NCBI GenBank assembly: GCA_051294375.1
Contig: CM119264.1
Span: 4,739,352-4,803,351 of the forward strand
Length of the DNA stretch: 64,000 bases
Source: Paraspadella gotoi
Taxonomy: Eukaryota > Animalia > Chaetognatha
Direction: 5' to 3'
Part shown: positions 12,601 through 24,400 of the stretch, in pieces
Numbering within the stretch: position 1 is the stretch's first letter
How the letters are laid out: each line of letters opens with the position of its first letter
The notes under the pieces: model-generated
Told to the model about the DNA's origin: nothing
What the model saw: the letters and a program-made list of their open reading frames with translations, nothing else
The model's database searches: none
Program-made: the position numbers and the translations under genes

Positions 12601-15600
12601 CATCCGGTTCTTGTAAATCCCGATGCTATACGGATGAGGAAGGAAGGCGGTGTCTCTCCTTACGGTTCGAAGGTTCCCGCCGTTCCAATCAGCAGAAAGA
12701 ATAGCGTCGTGATAGGCTTCCGTCCAGAAGATCCTCTTGTCCTTCATGTCAACTGTAAGACCGTTGGGCCACTTAATGATGGAATCGTTGCTCGGAGTGT
12801 TGCGTACGATCATCACGATTCCCGATCCATCCAACGCCGCTCGCTTGATGCTCGAGTTGCGCCAATCGCTCCAGAACATTAAACCGAACTCTGGCACCAG
12901 CGCGATGGAGCGCGGAGAGACGAGCCCTCCCTCTGTGCGATTGAGCAGGGTGCGCCGCATGGAACCGTCCTTGCGGCAGATCTCGATAAGGTCGTTGGTG
13001 GTGTCGACCCAGTAGAGGTTCTGAGAGATCCAGTCGTAAGCCAACCCCTCAACGGTGCCATTGACGCCGATGATGCGCTCTGTCTCTGTGTAGCCGTTAA
13101 GACAGGCGCGATTGATGTCGTGAGTCGAGATGTCGGCCCAGAAGAGGCAGTTATCCGCGTAGTCATAGTCGACGGCGATGGCGTTGTTGAGGTCTTCGAC
13201 GGGCAAGAGCTCGTCGCGTTCCTCGCCGAGGATGTAGCGATGAATTTCGCGACGGATTGTGTAGAGAAGGAACTCTTGCTTGCGCGCAACCGGGCAAGGT
13301 ATTCTCTCAAAGTCAAAGGCGTCATCGTTGCCGACGCAAGTGTCGCCGCTGATTTTACGATAGCCCCTCGACTTTTCGTAGTACGTGCCTGCGGGGCAGA
13401 GGCGTGGCACGGCAGCGGATGGACCGCTTCCGATCCCCTTCCACACGCATACGTCCGACCCGAGCCGGTCGGGGCCGTAGCCCTCGTCGCATTCGAAGTC
13501 AGCCCGGTGACAAGAGCAATTTTCGTGGCGAATGGCGCGGTCAAAGTCGAGCCCGTTGAAACAGCGAGCGTGAGCTTCGCGACGCTTGAAAAACTCTCGG
13601 CTGCCCAGGATGCAGGCGTAGCCGGGTAGATCGTCCGAGGGCGACCACATCTTATAGTCTGCATCGAGGCAGGGGGCGCCGAGGACGTCTCTAAAGTCCA
13701 CTTGCAACACGATCCATCCGTGACGCCGTTTAAGATCGGCCAGGGCGCCGAAAAGAGTAAATACGGTGGACTTTTCCCCCGGCTCCGTCAAGATGCCGTA
13801 AATGATGGCAGTCTCGTTGAGAAATTCGAGCTTGTCCCAAGTTTCGCCCTTGTCCCACGAGTAGAACAGATCTTTCGTGGCCGTGTACTTGGAGACGGCG
13901 ACCATGATGCCTCCGTGGTCGCCGAAGAGGAACGAGTGGGAGCCGTTGAGGACGTTGAACCAAGAAGCGCCGGCCGTCGTGGAGACGAAGAGCGAGGTTT
14001 CCATCTTGAGCGAAGAGCCGACGACTCCATGGGCCATGATGAGGCCAGGCGCCGAGGGTTTGCTCAGGATCGGTGAAGCGCGGTAGCCAGGGTAGAGTCC
14101 AGAGAGGCGCTGGGTTAGGTGAAGAGAGCAGCCGCTGCCGCGACCGCCGCCGCGAGTAGCGCAGTCGAAGACTTTTCCCTGATGGTCGAACTCGGGCGGC
14201 GGTATCTTTCTCCAAAAGCCGCCCTTGTCGAAGGTGATGACGCTGATGGTGTCCTCCAAAGAGATGGACGTCCAATACGAATGAAATGTCCTCGTCCCGT
14301 TGGTGACGTTCGCCCTGACGGAGGCGATGTAGACGCCCTTCAGTCCCGCCACCTTGTGAACGTCGGCGAAAGGATCGCGAGCGAAGGAGGCGAGATAATG
14401 AATCCCGCTCTGCTTTGGGTTGTAGTAGATGACGTTTTCAAGAGAGAGGGAGAAGGAGGAACCGCGAGCTTCCGATATGTAGAGATGGGTCGTGTCTTCG
14501 AAGTGATTGACGCAGAGGAAGATTTGATCTTCGCTCGTGTCCACGAAGAAGTATTCCCGATGGGTCATGCTGAGGAAAACAAACATCTAAATATCCTTGT
14601 TCGATCATTCAAATAATTTTTTTGTTCTTGAGTGCTCCACTCTACCCCCCACACCTTCGGTCAATGAATTCGGCACGACGAAAGGAGGATCGATTGTGGC
14701 TGACGAAGAGATCGAGGTCGGTCTCGTTGTCGGGACGCCGACGCCGTCTGGTGGCCATGAGGTAGGCGCCGCGCACCTCGAAGTCCACCACGTCTTCGAT
14801 AACCTCCTCGATGCGCGACCCGCGGGCGAAGGCGTCGGGGGATCGCAGCACCGCCGACGACGACGACCGCTCTCGCCGCTCTACGTAGAGGGTCAGGGGT
14901 TCGGAGTCCCAGGGGGAAACGCCCCAAAAGAATGCCTTCACGTGATTTTGACACAACAACCACGATTCGCCGAAGTTTCTAGATTTTGGAATAAAAAAAT
15001 TTGGGTTGAAATAAAAAAGTCTAGGAAAACAAGAACAACGACAAAAACGATAAGTGGAACCTCGACACCCAGAGCTTAGAGTCGGATTTGTTGGATTTGT
15101 CCAGACCAACGATGACTTGGTACATCGTAGGATGCAGAGAGAGCTCGTCCGGTCGGAAAGGGACGTGATGCTTGTGCAGAGTCCGCAAGTAATTCCTGAT
15201 AATTCGCGAAATCTTGAAAGTTAAGGCGGCTGAGGAGTGAGCGGATCGGGAAAAAGGGATTACCTGCTCGTGTAGGTAAGGTTGTTCACGATATCTGTGA
15301 ATACGTAATGACTGTTTGAAGCGTGACTAGGGTACATCTTGTTGATCTGCGGGAAATCGAGAAAGCCATTAAGTTTAGGTAACACAAACACAGCGAAGAA
15401 AATAGCCACATACGTTCATAGTCTCTGCCCGGTATTTGAATTCGGTAAAGTTTTTGCCATAATCGTTGGAGACGAACAGTTGAGACTTCGAATTCCTGAT
15501 TGTAAATGAAGATAAATTTTCAAAATTTGAATTTTCTCTTCAGAGAAAGTTTTTATTGTTTACATACAACGATTTTTTTGTTTTTTTGTCGGGAAGAAAC

Positions 15601-16198
15601 TTTCGTGAACATTCATCATTGGACTTTTGACATTTCGGGAAAAAAAAATCGTTTTTTTCAAACAATAAAAACTGTTTTCTCTAAATTTCAAACGAAACGA
15701 AAGCCGAAACTCAATGTCTAAAATCTGAATCAAACCTACAAATTAGACATTAGGCCATGAGGGGAGGAAAATAAAGGACAAGGGATAGAAGCAAAGGAAA
15801 CCGTCACCCTCGCGTTGCGGTCACCTCGACGGCGTGAAGCTCGTGGCCAGAGCGATGATGACATCGCTGCCTTCGCCCGCCCAGTGGACGACCACCCGGT
15901 GCTGCGAGGTGTTGAGAGAGGCGAGGGTGACGCTAGGCAGGTTGGGTCGCGGCGCTGATCGCCGACGACGCTCCGGCCGAACGGAGATCGGTTCCTTCGA
16001 TGAGATTTTCTCTTCGACGCCGCCCAGCGTTAACGTCACGCCGTCATTGACGAATTCCGACGCCGCAAAGTGAAGGGTGGAGGCGGGGTCGCCGAAGCGG
16101 GAAGAGGCGGCGCCGATGGATACGAGGGAAAGAATAAGAAGAGAAGGCGAGATTCGTGTCCATTGGCGGCGAGACAGATTCATTCCGTTCACCGCCAT
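6693..16198 (-). CDS. SORL1: Sortilin-related receptor (SorLA/LR11), 11 exons
   Basis: Exons 16198-15825, 15495-15414, 15346-15264, 15195-15061, 14978-14655, 14569-11996, 11912-11742, 10657-10379, 10031-9693, 9428-8144 and 7994-6693 are all phase-consistent. Domains in order: signal peptide, furin site RRRR/SA, VPS10 domain ([34 protein letters not shown]), YWTD propeller (LFWAD, LYWVD, MFWSD, IFWTE, MYWTD), EGF, 9 LDLa repeats, FN3 repeats, a TM helix, and a tail ending DEPPMIIA. Confidence 0.96.
11020..11627 (+). mobile_element. Helentron-type non-autonomous element (HINE/DINE-1-like) in a SORL1 intron
   Basis: The 5' part resembles 19042-19150 (ACTTTGTCGG..GTCGGTC..ATCTTGTCG) and there is a TCCG microsatellite. 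The 3' end CTGATTAGCTGATTACCGCT...GGCAGATCCGACATTGTT matches 20168-20215. Confidence 0.6.
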
Positions 16199-18414
16199 GG
16201 CGGAATTTAAAAGGAAAAAATAGGGAGGAGAGAAGGAATTTGCTTTTTTTGACGCCGACGAGATTCGTTTTAATTCCGCAGTTTGAGATCGGGTCTCGAC
16301 GGAAGAAAGAGAGACGGTTTTTTTTTATTACCAAATGTCGTTTTTTTTTTATCGTCAAACGAGTCACATGATGGGTCGCCGCCGCCTAGCACGAAAAATG
16401 AAAACACGGACAGTGATTGGTCGAGGCTTAATGGACGAACGAAGGCGATTGGCGGAAAATTTTGGAAGGACCTTACCTTTTCCCCTTATCGAGAAGCAGG
16501 TTCCTACTTTTCCTCGGCGAGTGGCGCGAGAGAGAGAGAGAGAGAGACACGCTGGGACTTATTTTTCTCTTTCGACTCGCACGAAAAGACGCCAGCTTAG
16601 CAGGGAAACTGAAAACATGGATGATGATTGGACGCTGCTCGACGGGCGAGCGATTATGATTGGCGGAGGAGAAATACCCAGGACCTTACCTTCCAAATAA
16701 GAGTGGGTTCTCCCCTCACCATGTCGGCAAAATTGAAGATTGGATTCGGGGCGGATGTCTCGCGACGAAAAAGCGTCGCGTGGTCGGAGGAAAGGGGGCG
16801 TTTTATTCTTTTTCTCTCTTAACATTTCATGTTGTATATGAAATCGATGAGAGTGAAGAGAGAATCGTCAAGAACAAAAGATCTCGGCGGACGAGAAGCG
16901 ACATCAGAATTTATTCGGTCCGAATATCGAACAAAAAACGTGTATTTGGGAAAGGTCAATCCCATGCTTGGCTACAAGAAAAGAATTTCTATTTTATCGG
17001 TGTACATAATGGTAAAAAAAACTTTTCTTAAAGTTAAACGCGGAAAATAAAATGATCGACTTTGTAAACACTCCCTATTTATTTATTATTTATTTATTTA
17101 TTTACTATTTTAAATCAGTATTTAAGAAAAAGAAAAAACCTTTTAAATTTGACATGACGTGAGGATAGTGATCCTTAAGTTTTATAAAGCTTTATCTCAT
17201 AAACGATGACAAAGAAAAATGACGAAACGTTTTGCACATTAAAGCTAGCAGTAAACTAACTAGAATGTCAAGAAAGGTTAGATTCCTCAGTTTTAACAAA
17301 TTTAGTCACTAATTCAGTTACTTCCATAACAAAGAAAAACAACTTTAAGCAAGAATAAGAAAAATAAATTCGATAACAAAATAGGAATGACAGTTTAAAA
17401 CTTTATAACAAAGATTTTTAAATAAGTCAACTTATATAAATTAAGCAAGGCGACAAGATGATAGTGCACCATTTAAAAATCAACCATAACATTAAAAATC
17501 CAATGCTGATTTTGATATGTAAAGACAGGAAACTCATAAAAATTGTGTAAAAAATAGAGCCATGTAAATGATAAGAATAAAAAGGATTAGCAACTGGTAT
17601 CAGCGAACTCAATAAAAAAAAGTCACAAAAAAATTCCTGTAGTTTCAAGGGGATATAGATGTTAGTTTGATTTTCTCGACTACGGACTACAAAAAAATTG
17701 TATTTTCATTAGTTCATTCTTGAAAATTAATGTAGCACATCATGATTGAGCAGCCAATAGCTCGTAATACATAGTATTTCTAAAATTTCTAAAATATCAA
17801 CAATATGCAAAGCATACGAAATCACAGTAGGTTTAGCTAAAGAGGCATAGTGCAAATGATATGCAAACAAATGACAATCATTTGAGGGTCAGTTGTCTAA
17901 CTATTGTTAATGAAAAAAAATTACTGCAGCACCTTAGAAACGAGCACAGATTGCGAGTGACTTTGGCGTTAATAGACAGGTTATACAAGGTACTAGACAA
18001 AATGGGACGGGTTAAAAGAGGAATGATGCCAATTTTCAGTCACTGCTAATAAAAATAAAAAACTGAAATTTTTTCCTTAACTTAATCATTTTTACTTTAG
18101 AAAGAAAAGATAAGGAGTTAAAGTGGCACACCAAAAATTGCATTTCTTCCCTTCAGTTAAATGTTGGTGCATAGTTCAGCAAAAAATTTAAGTCCTAATC
18201 TAGAGGTTCCATATTGAATAAAATCATTAGTTAATTTTAAAATCATATTCCAAACAAATATCAACCGGACGCTAATATAGGTTTATTATATTACATATTC
18301 TACGATATAAATATTATAAAATACATAAAAATCTATTTTTATTAACAATAAAAGTTTAGATCGGATTTTTACAATGATGCTAAAACGTTCTTAAAACAAT
18401 TCCGTTTCCAAATT

Positions 18415-18480
18415 TTAATCAGCAACAACTGCTTCTTCGTATATATCAGGATCTTCGTCGTCGTCATCGTCGATTCCTTC
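18415..18480 (-). CDS. SLC4 distal terminal exon [21 protein letters not shown]
   Basis: TTGCAG acceptor, phase 0 after ...GELDK. The acidic tail with DIYEE resembles the DEYxE end of AE1-3. Confidence 0.75.
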   Translation of the reverse strand, partial: EGIDDDDDEDPDIYEEAVVAD

Positions 18481-21400
18481 CTGCAAAAAAAATCTAAGTT
18501 AAATACTCACAATCATAACGGCAATTGCTTAAGGACACGAAGTATTTGCAAGCATTTGTCGTTTGTTAAATGACTACCCTATTTAAAACTATATTTTCTA
18601 GTCATGGCTGTGGCGGAAGCTACATTTAGGCAAGTAGCAATAGCTTACCAGGATAACGCACCATTCTTCCCGTTCGTTCCGGGTTCAATCCTCTTAGGGA
18701 AGCGAGACGGTAATAGCGTCAACTCTGATGAGCACTGATGAACCGAAGCCCCAAAAGGCTAAAAGCCAACCAGTAAAATGCCCCGCGCCCCACTCCCCGA
18801 GCATTTCAGGGAATCTATACCGTTTTTAAACAGTATGATATAATTCCTTTCTTGCCTTAACATCTCTTTCTTTACTGTATCTTTCTTGCATTTATCATTT
18901 TATGTATTAGGTTTTGCCTAAACTTTCAATATTTTAAAATTCAACACATCCTCTTTTTCTCTCTACAGCGACTAATCATCAGAGTTGCGTAAGTTATCTT
19001 AAAAACCATGGACAGACAGAAATAGAGAATTTTTTTTTTAAGCCGGATCTGCTTAGTGCTTACAGCAGATTTCGGCTCTATAATTCACTTTGTCGGTCTG
19101 TCGGTCGCCACCCATTATCTTGTCGGTAAATTACTTATATCATCTCAGAACATCGAATTATAGAAAATTATACAAAATGTCCTTCCGTCCTTCCCTACTT
19201 AGTGTGGGGACTAGACCTTGCCAGAAAATTGAAAGTTTTTGATCTCGCTTAGTAGTAGGGTAAAAAAAGCTCCTCACTAAGGCGTAGTAAAATTTCTAAA
19301 TTTAACTTTAATTAAAATTCTAAAAGTGAGAACGAACGACATTATACTAATGAACATTTATATAATAAAAAAATTTATAATAAATTTTACAATTTACGCA
19401 GTAGGCCATTTTTATACTAGTACTAAAACCAATAAATGTTAAAATTTCAAAACAATTTTTTTAAAGATTTTTTTGCAGATTTGGATTCTCATAAAAAGTT
19501 GATAAAAATAAATATAACTTTTGAAAAATTCCTTCATTAAGTGGGTTAAAAATTAGAAAAAGCTATATTTTAAGCTGAAAATTAACTTTTTATATATTAA
19601 ATATAGTTTTTTTAATTTTTAACCCACTTAATGAAAGAATTTTTAAAAATGATTTATATTTTCTTTTATCAACTTTTGACGAGGAATTCAAATCTGCAAT
19701 CAAAATTAAGAAAAGCCTATTTTGAAATTTTTCGATTTTATAAGGATAGTACTATATATAAATATAGCCTACTGCGAAAATTAAAAAGCATAAAATTAAT
19801 TTTTTTTACAAATTAATGTTCACTGATGGTATGTTGTTCATAATTAACTTTCAGAATTTTCGTATGTAACTTTCACTACGCCTTACTCCTCACCCATGAC
19901 CATATTTTTTGCAATAATTTTCATTAGAAAAAAAATTCAGGAAACTTGAATTTACAATTAATATAAAAAGAAAAACAGTATAATTTCAAGCTTCATTAAT
20001 TAATTATTGATAAATTAGTAATTAATAAATTAATTATTAATTATATTGTAATTAATTAATTTATTTATCAATTAATTTTGTGATTGAGATTTTTATGATT
20101 TACGAAAAACGATTTTGACGCGATTAAAAAAAATTATTATTAATTATTTAATTTATTATTAAATTATCTGATCAGCTGCTTACCGCTAATGATCGTGGGC
20201 AGATCCGGCATTGTTTGCTCAAACTTTTTTCATTAACTTTGAAAAATGCCTGTCGCCACAACATAAAATTAATCAAAACTAAGCTGATAAATAAGAACAC
20301 AGGTTAGAAAAACAAAAAGTAATTACAACTAAGACCTATTTCAATATGCAGTTAATAAGAACATACTTTCCAAGCCTCAAGAATAAATTGAAAGTTAATT
20401 TGTAATTTAAACTCCCCGTTTTTTAACTAAAAGAAATTATCTCGCTAAAAAAATAATGAAATAATGGGTGCTTACTGCCAGTTAAGATATTTTTGCATGC
20501 ATTGATTTGTGATTTGTTTGTATTTGTCATAAAAGGAATTTCTTGTAAAGTCAGTCGTTATAAGATTTTTTATGTTAACTTAGAAGTAGAGCCAGGTTAT
20601 TTTCAAAATATCAATTATTCAGAGTGTTACAGCTAGACAAATGTGAATCACTGAGAGGGCAAAGCTTGAAATAGATTTTGGGTCAGATTCGTGCTAAAAA
20701 AACGTAATCATGCACATTCAAAACAATTTCAAAAACTTAGTTTTCCATATCTAAACAACATTAAAGTAGATAAAACTTTTTATTTCACTTATTAGGATAA
20801 CCACATCTACAATAAGAATAGATTATATTATTGCTACAATACACAGAGGAAAGGATTTGTAAACGAATTTTTCCTCACTGATGGGTCTCAAGTATTTACA
20901 TTAAAAATTGGTAAAAAAATATATTTAGAATCCATGAGACAATGGTTATCGCCAGGCAAGGCAATCGGGATTCTAAATCAAATAACGTTATATTTCTCAA
21001 AACCTACGTTTTATAAATTCCATGCATAATCCTCGTGTTTTTCTTCTTCATCATCATCTTCTTTATCTATACCCTCCTATACAACAAGAAGCATTGAAAA
21101 GGATGTACCCACAAATATGGTTAGCACAATTATTAGATTTTCGTGTTTACGTATTTCTTGAAAAAGAAGAGCGTTTTTAGTTAAAAAGTAAAATATATAT
21201 TAAATTATTTTGTTAAAGAAACCCATTTGATACTCCGGTACAAAATTATGTTTGGTTCTAAAATTACTTACAAGAATCTTTCATAGTAAATCTTGCTAAA
21301 TCGCATAAAGATCATTCTACATACAAAAAAACCAAACAATTTACCTTGTCTAATTCACCCAGTTCTTTTGGCGTAAATAAATATGGAATTACAAGCTTTC

Positions 21401-24400
21401 TTAAAGGGATAAGCATGATAAGAAAAAACGGAAACCCTGACAAGAAAAAATATAGATTAAAAATGAAATCAAATTTAACTAAGAACATTAAAGAAAAAAT
21501 TTACCTAGTGCAGCAGCTGTTGATTTGACAGCCCATAATACAGCTAAACAAGCGATTTGTATAAAGGTGTAAAGATGCATTTTATATGTTCTAACTTTCC
21601 TCACATATCCAACCTACAGGGAATAAGTAAAATACTATTTTTTATTTAATTTTGTTAAAGTTGATAACATAATACCAAAATTTTTTACTTTTTACCTGAG
21701 GATGATGTTTCAAAGGTCGGAAAAGCAAACCGATTCTAGTTAAAAACTGAATTCCCGCCATCGATGATATTCCTGATCATAAAGTATGTGTAATATAATA
21801 GATGTAGTATTAGTAGTAGATTTTAAAAATAGAAAAAATATTTTTATCAAATTAAACATACCCATGTATAGAAAAACTCCAAAAAGAACCGGGACGGGTA
21901 TTTTTCGCAGGACGGAAGACAAGGCAATCGAAACGCCAACCATTGTATTCACTGAATATTTTAAGTGAAATAATGTATACTCACATTGCTGGTAAAACTA
22001 CATGACATCTGTATTATTGTTACCAAGTAAATTAGTAAGGCGTTGTTCTTTCACTTCTAGTAACTTTGGAGCTTCTCCAGGGGCGTGAGATTTGGACATA
22101 ACAGAGAGAGAAGACGTGTGAGCAACAGAACGTACAGTTGCAGCAGTGTGCCATGGCACCCCCATAATACCACACCCTCCAGCCATTATTCCTAAAATAA
22201 TTTTTTATGAGAATTCTTTGTGAGTCATCGCATCGCAAGATTTAATTAAAGATCACACATGGGAGTACAGTTACAATATTTTTTTTATTTATGACCATTT
22301 AGAGAAAAAGTTTTTATTTTGTTACAAACAACGATTTTTTGTGTTAATAATAGCAGACATGTTTCGGCTCTAATAAAAAGTAAAAACTTTGTTTTCTCTA
22401 AATTCCAAACCGCAACGAAAAGAAAGGATTACACCATTAGACTGATCATCTTCAAGATCATGGACTTGATGACGACCTTGAATCACATTTGAAGACGAAC
22501 GTTTGGGAACCTGTTCTTGATGACTTGAAAAATGATGAGGAGCGGAGTGGTCATTGTCTCTCTCTCTCTTCTTTTTTTGGCTCCTACTCATTAGGCCCTT
22601 AAGATGAACTGTCTAATGGATCGAAATATTGGTCATAAATAAAAAAAAAATTGTACCTGTACATTGTACAATGTGATATTTAATTAAATCTTTATGAGAA
22701 GTTTCAAAAAAACCCTGTAAATCAAAAGGCTAATTTACTTTAAAACGATTACAAGCAAATCATTATTTGATCAGAAAAGTAGTGTCCGATTAAACCATCC
22801 AAATTACCTATGAGCAAAATATCAAGGTGATATCCACTTCCTTTCTTCAGATTTCTTTCTTTTTTGTTGACAATTTGAGAAGCAATAAGTGTTTCAATAA
22901 AAATCAAAATGAAAACTAATAAAGCCGGAATTACAGCCACGAATGGCATCCAAATTGGAATAGTCTTTCCCTGAGATAAAATAATTAAGTTTATTATTAA
23001 AGAAAACATTCTCTTAACATCTAGTCAACCATGCTTACATGAATTCCCAATGGGTTTATGAACCACCCACGTTTCTTAGAATCAGTCGGCTTGATCCCAT
23101 CTGGAACCTCTAATTTCTGGCTCCAAACATCTTTAATTATTAGATCAAATCCAACCACAATGATTATAGCAATAGGAATTCCAAAATCACCCAGAGCTCT
23201 ACGTATCTAAGAAAAATATTGCAAAGGAAATAAATTTTAATGATGTAATAAATTATCTTATTTAAAATAACAAAAGCAAACAAGTACTGGACGAAAAACT
23301 GAAGCTTTCACTGTCACTTTGTTGCAAATCTCCGATCTTCCGTCGATAAAAATAGGTTAATTCAATCGTCAAAAATAGCCATTAATTTACGAGACCTCGC
23401 CTAAGTGACAGATTAATTTTAAGCGGCATCCGTAACACACCTTTGCGAAATAAAAGCATCGAGCCTAAATTTAATCTTGTCCTGTCAAAGAAGAACCGCA
23501 ACTCGACACCGATAAAGATAAAGAGTTTTTTTTTTTAAATTACGTAAATACGGGAGAAGATCTTAAGAATGACGAGAAATGCGTCAAAATTCTCATTTCT
23601 GTGCTTATTTCGTGCTTCAAATAACTGCCCACTACCAAGGAGCGCAAATCCACAGATATAGGATCATTGTTTCCACGAAGAGTGGTCATGCAAACGTCGA
23701 AAAGTAAATCTATTAAATTCTGCAACAAATATGAACACACAAAATGACTGCAGAAAACTCGCAATCTTTCTCAATGACGCCAAAGGAGTATAACAAAAAA
23801 TTCCAATGCTTCAGGTAAAAGAAATTCGATATGTTCATTGATCGGGCTTAGCTATTTCCACTGGTTTTTTTCACGACTTTTCAATAGATGCTCAGACTCA
23901 TCTTGTGGGGCCGTTTGCGTCGGCATTGTGACGGCATTTCTAGGATTCATCTTGGGGGTCATATATTTCTCAATTCGCGCCATCACGACATCTTTACAAA
24001 ATACCGAAGTCGTTCCAACTTACGCAGTTGCGTTCTTGCTTCTTACATCTGGTTAGAAGCTAAATGGAGATCATTAAAAAAAAGAAATCACTTGAATTTG
24101 CTCTCAACCGTCTCTCCCTCTTTCAACTAGGGCTCCTCACAATGTGCCTTTCTCGAACAACTCGTAAACCGCGTATGATTATAGCTTCGATAGCATTTTG
24201 TCTACTAACCGGAGTTATATGTGCCACCGCAGCGGGACTCACTATTTGGAGAATTTTACCGGTCCTAATAATAAATAATTCCTGTCTTTATAGTCAAGCT
24301 AAAAAGGTATTTTTACCAACTTAAGTACAATGGAAACCTAAATAGAAAATTACGATAAAGGGATACGGGGATACTATCTCTACTTAGTACTCGGTCATAT

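Noticed and set aside
12121-14616. Long plus-strand ORFs opposite SORL1
   Set aside because: Antisense shadows of GC3-rich coding sequence, with no independent motifs or splice structure.
18724-18750. CTGATGAG...CTGATGAA as a hammerhead ribozyme or C/D snoRNA
   Set aside because: No stem II followed by GAAA, and no properly ordered C and D boxes with a terminal stem.
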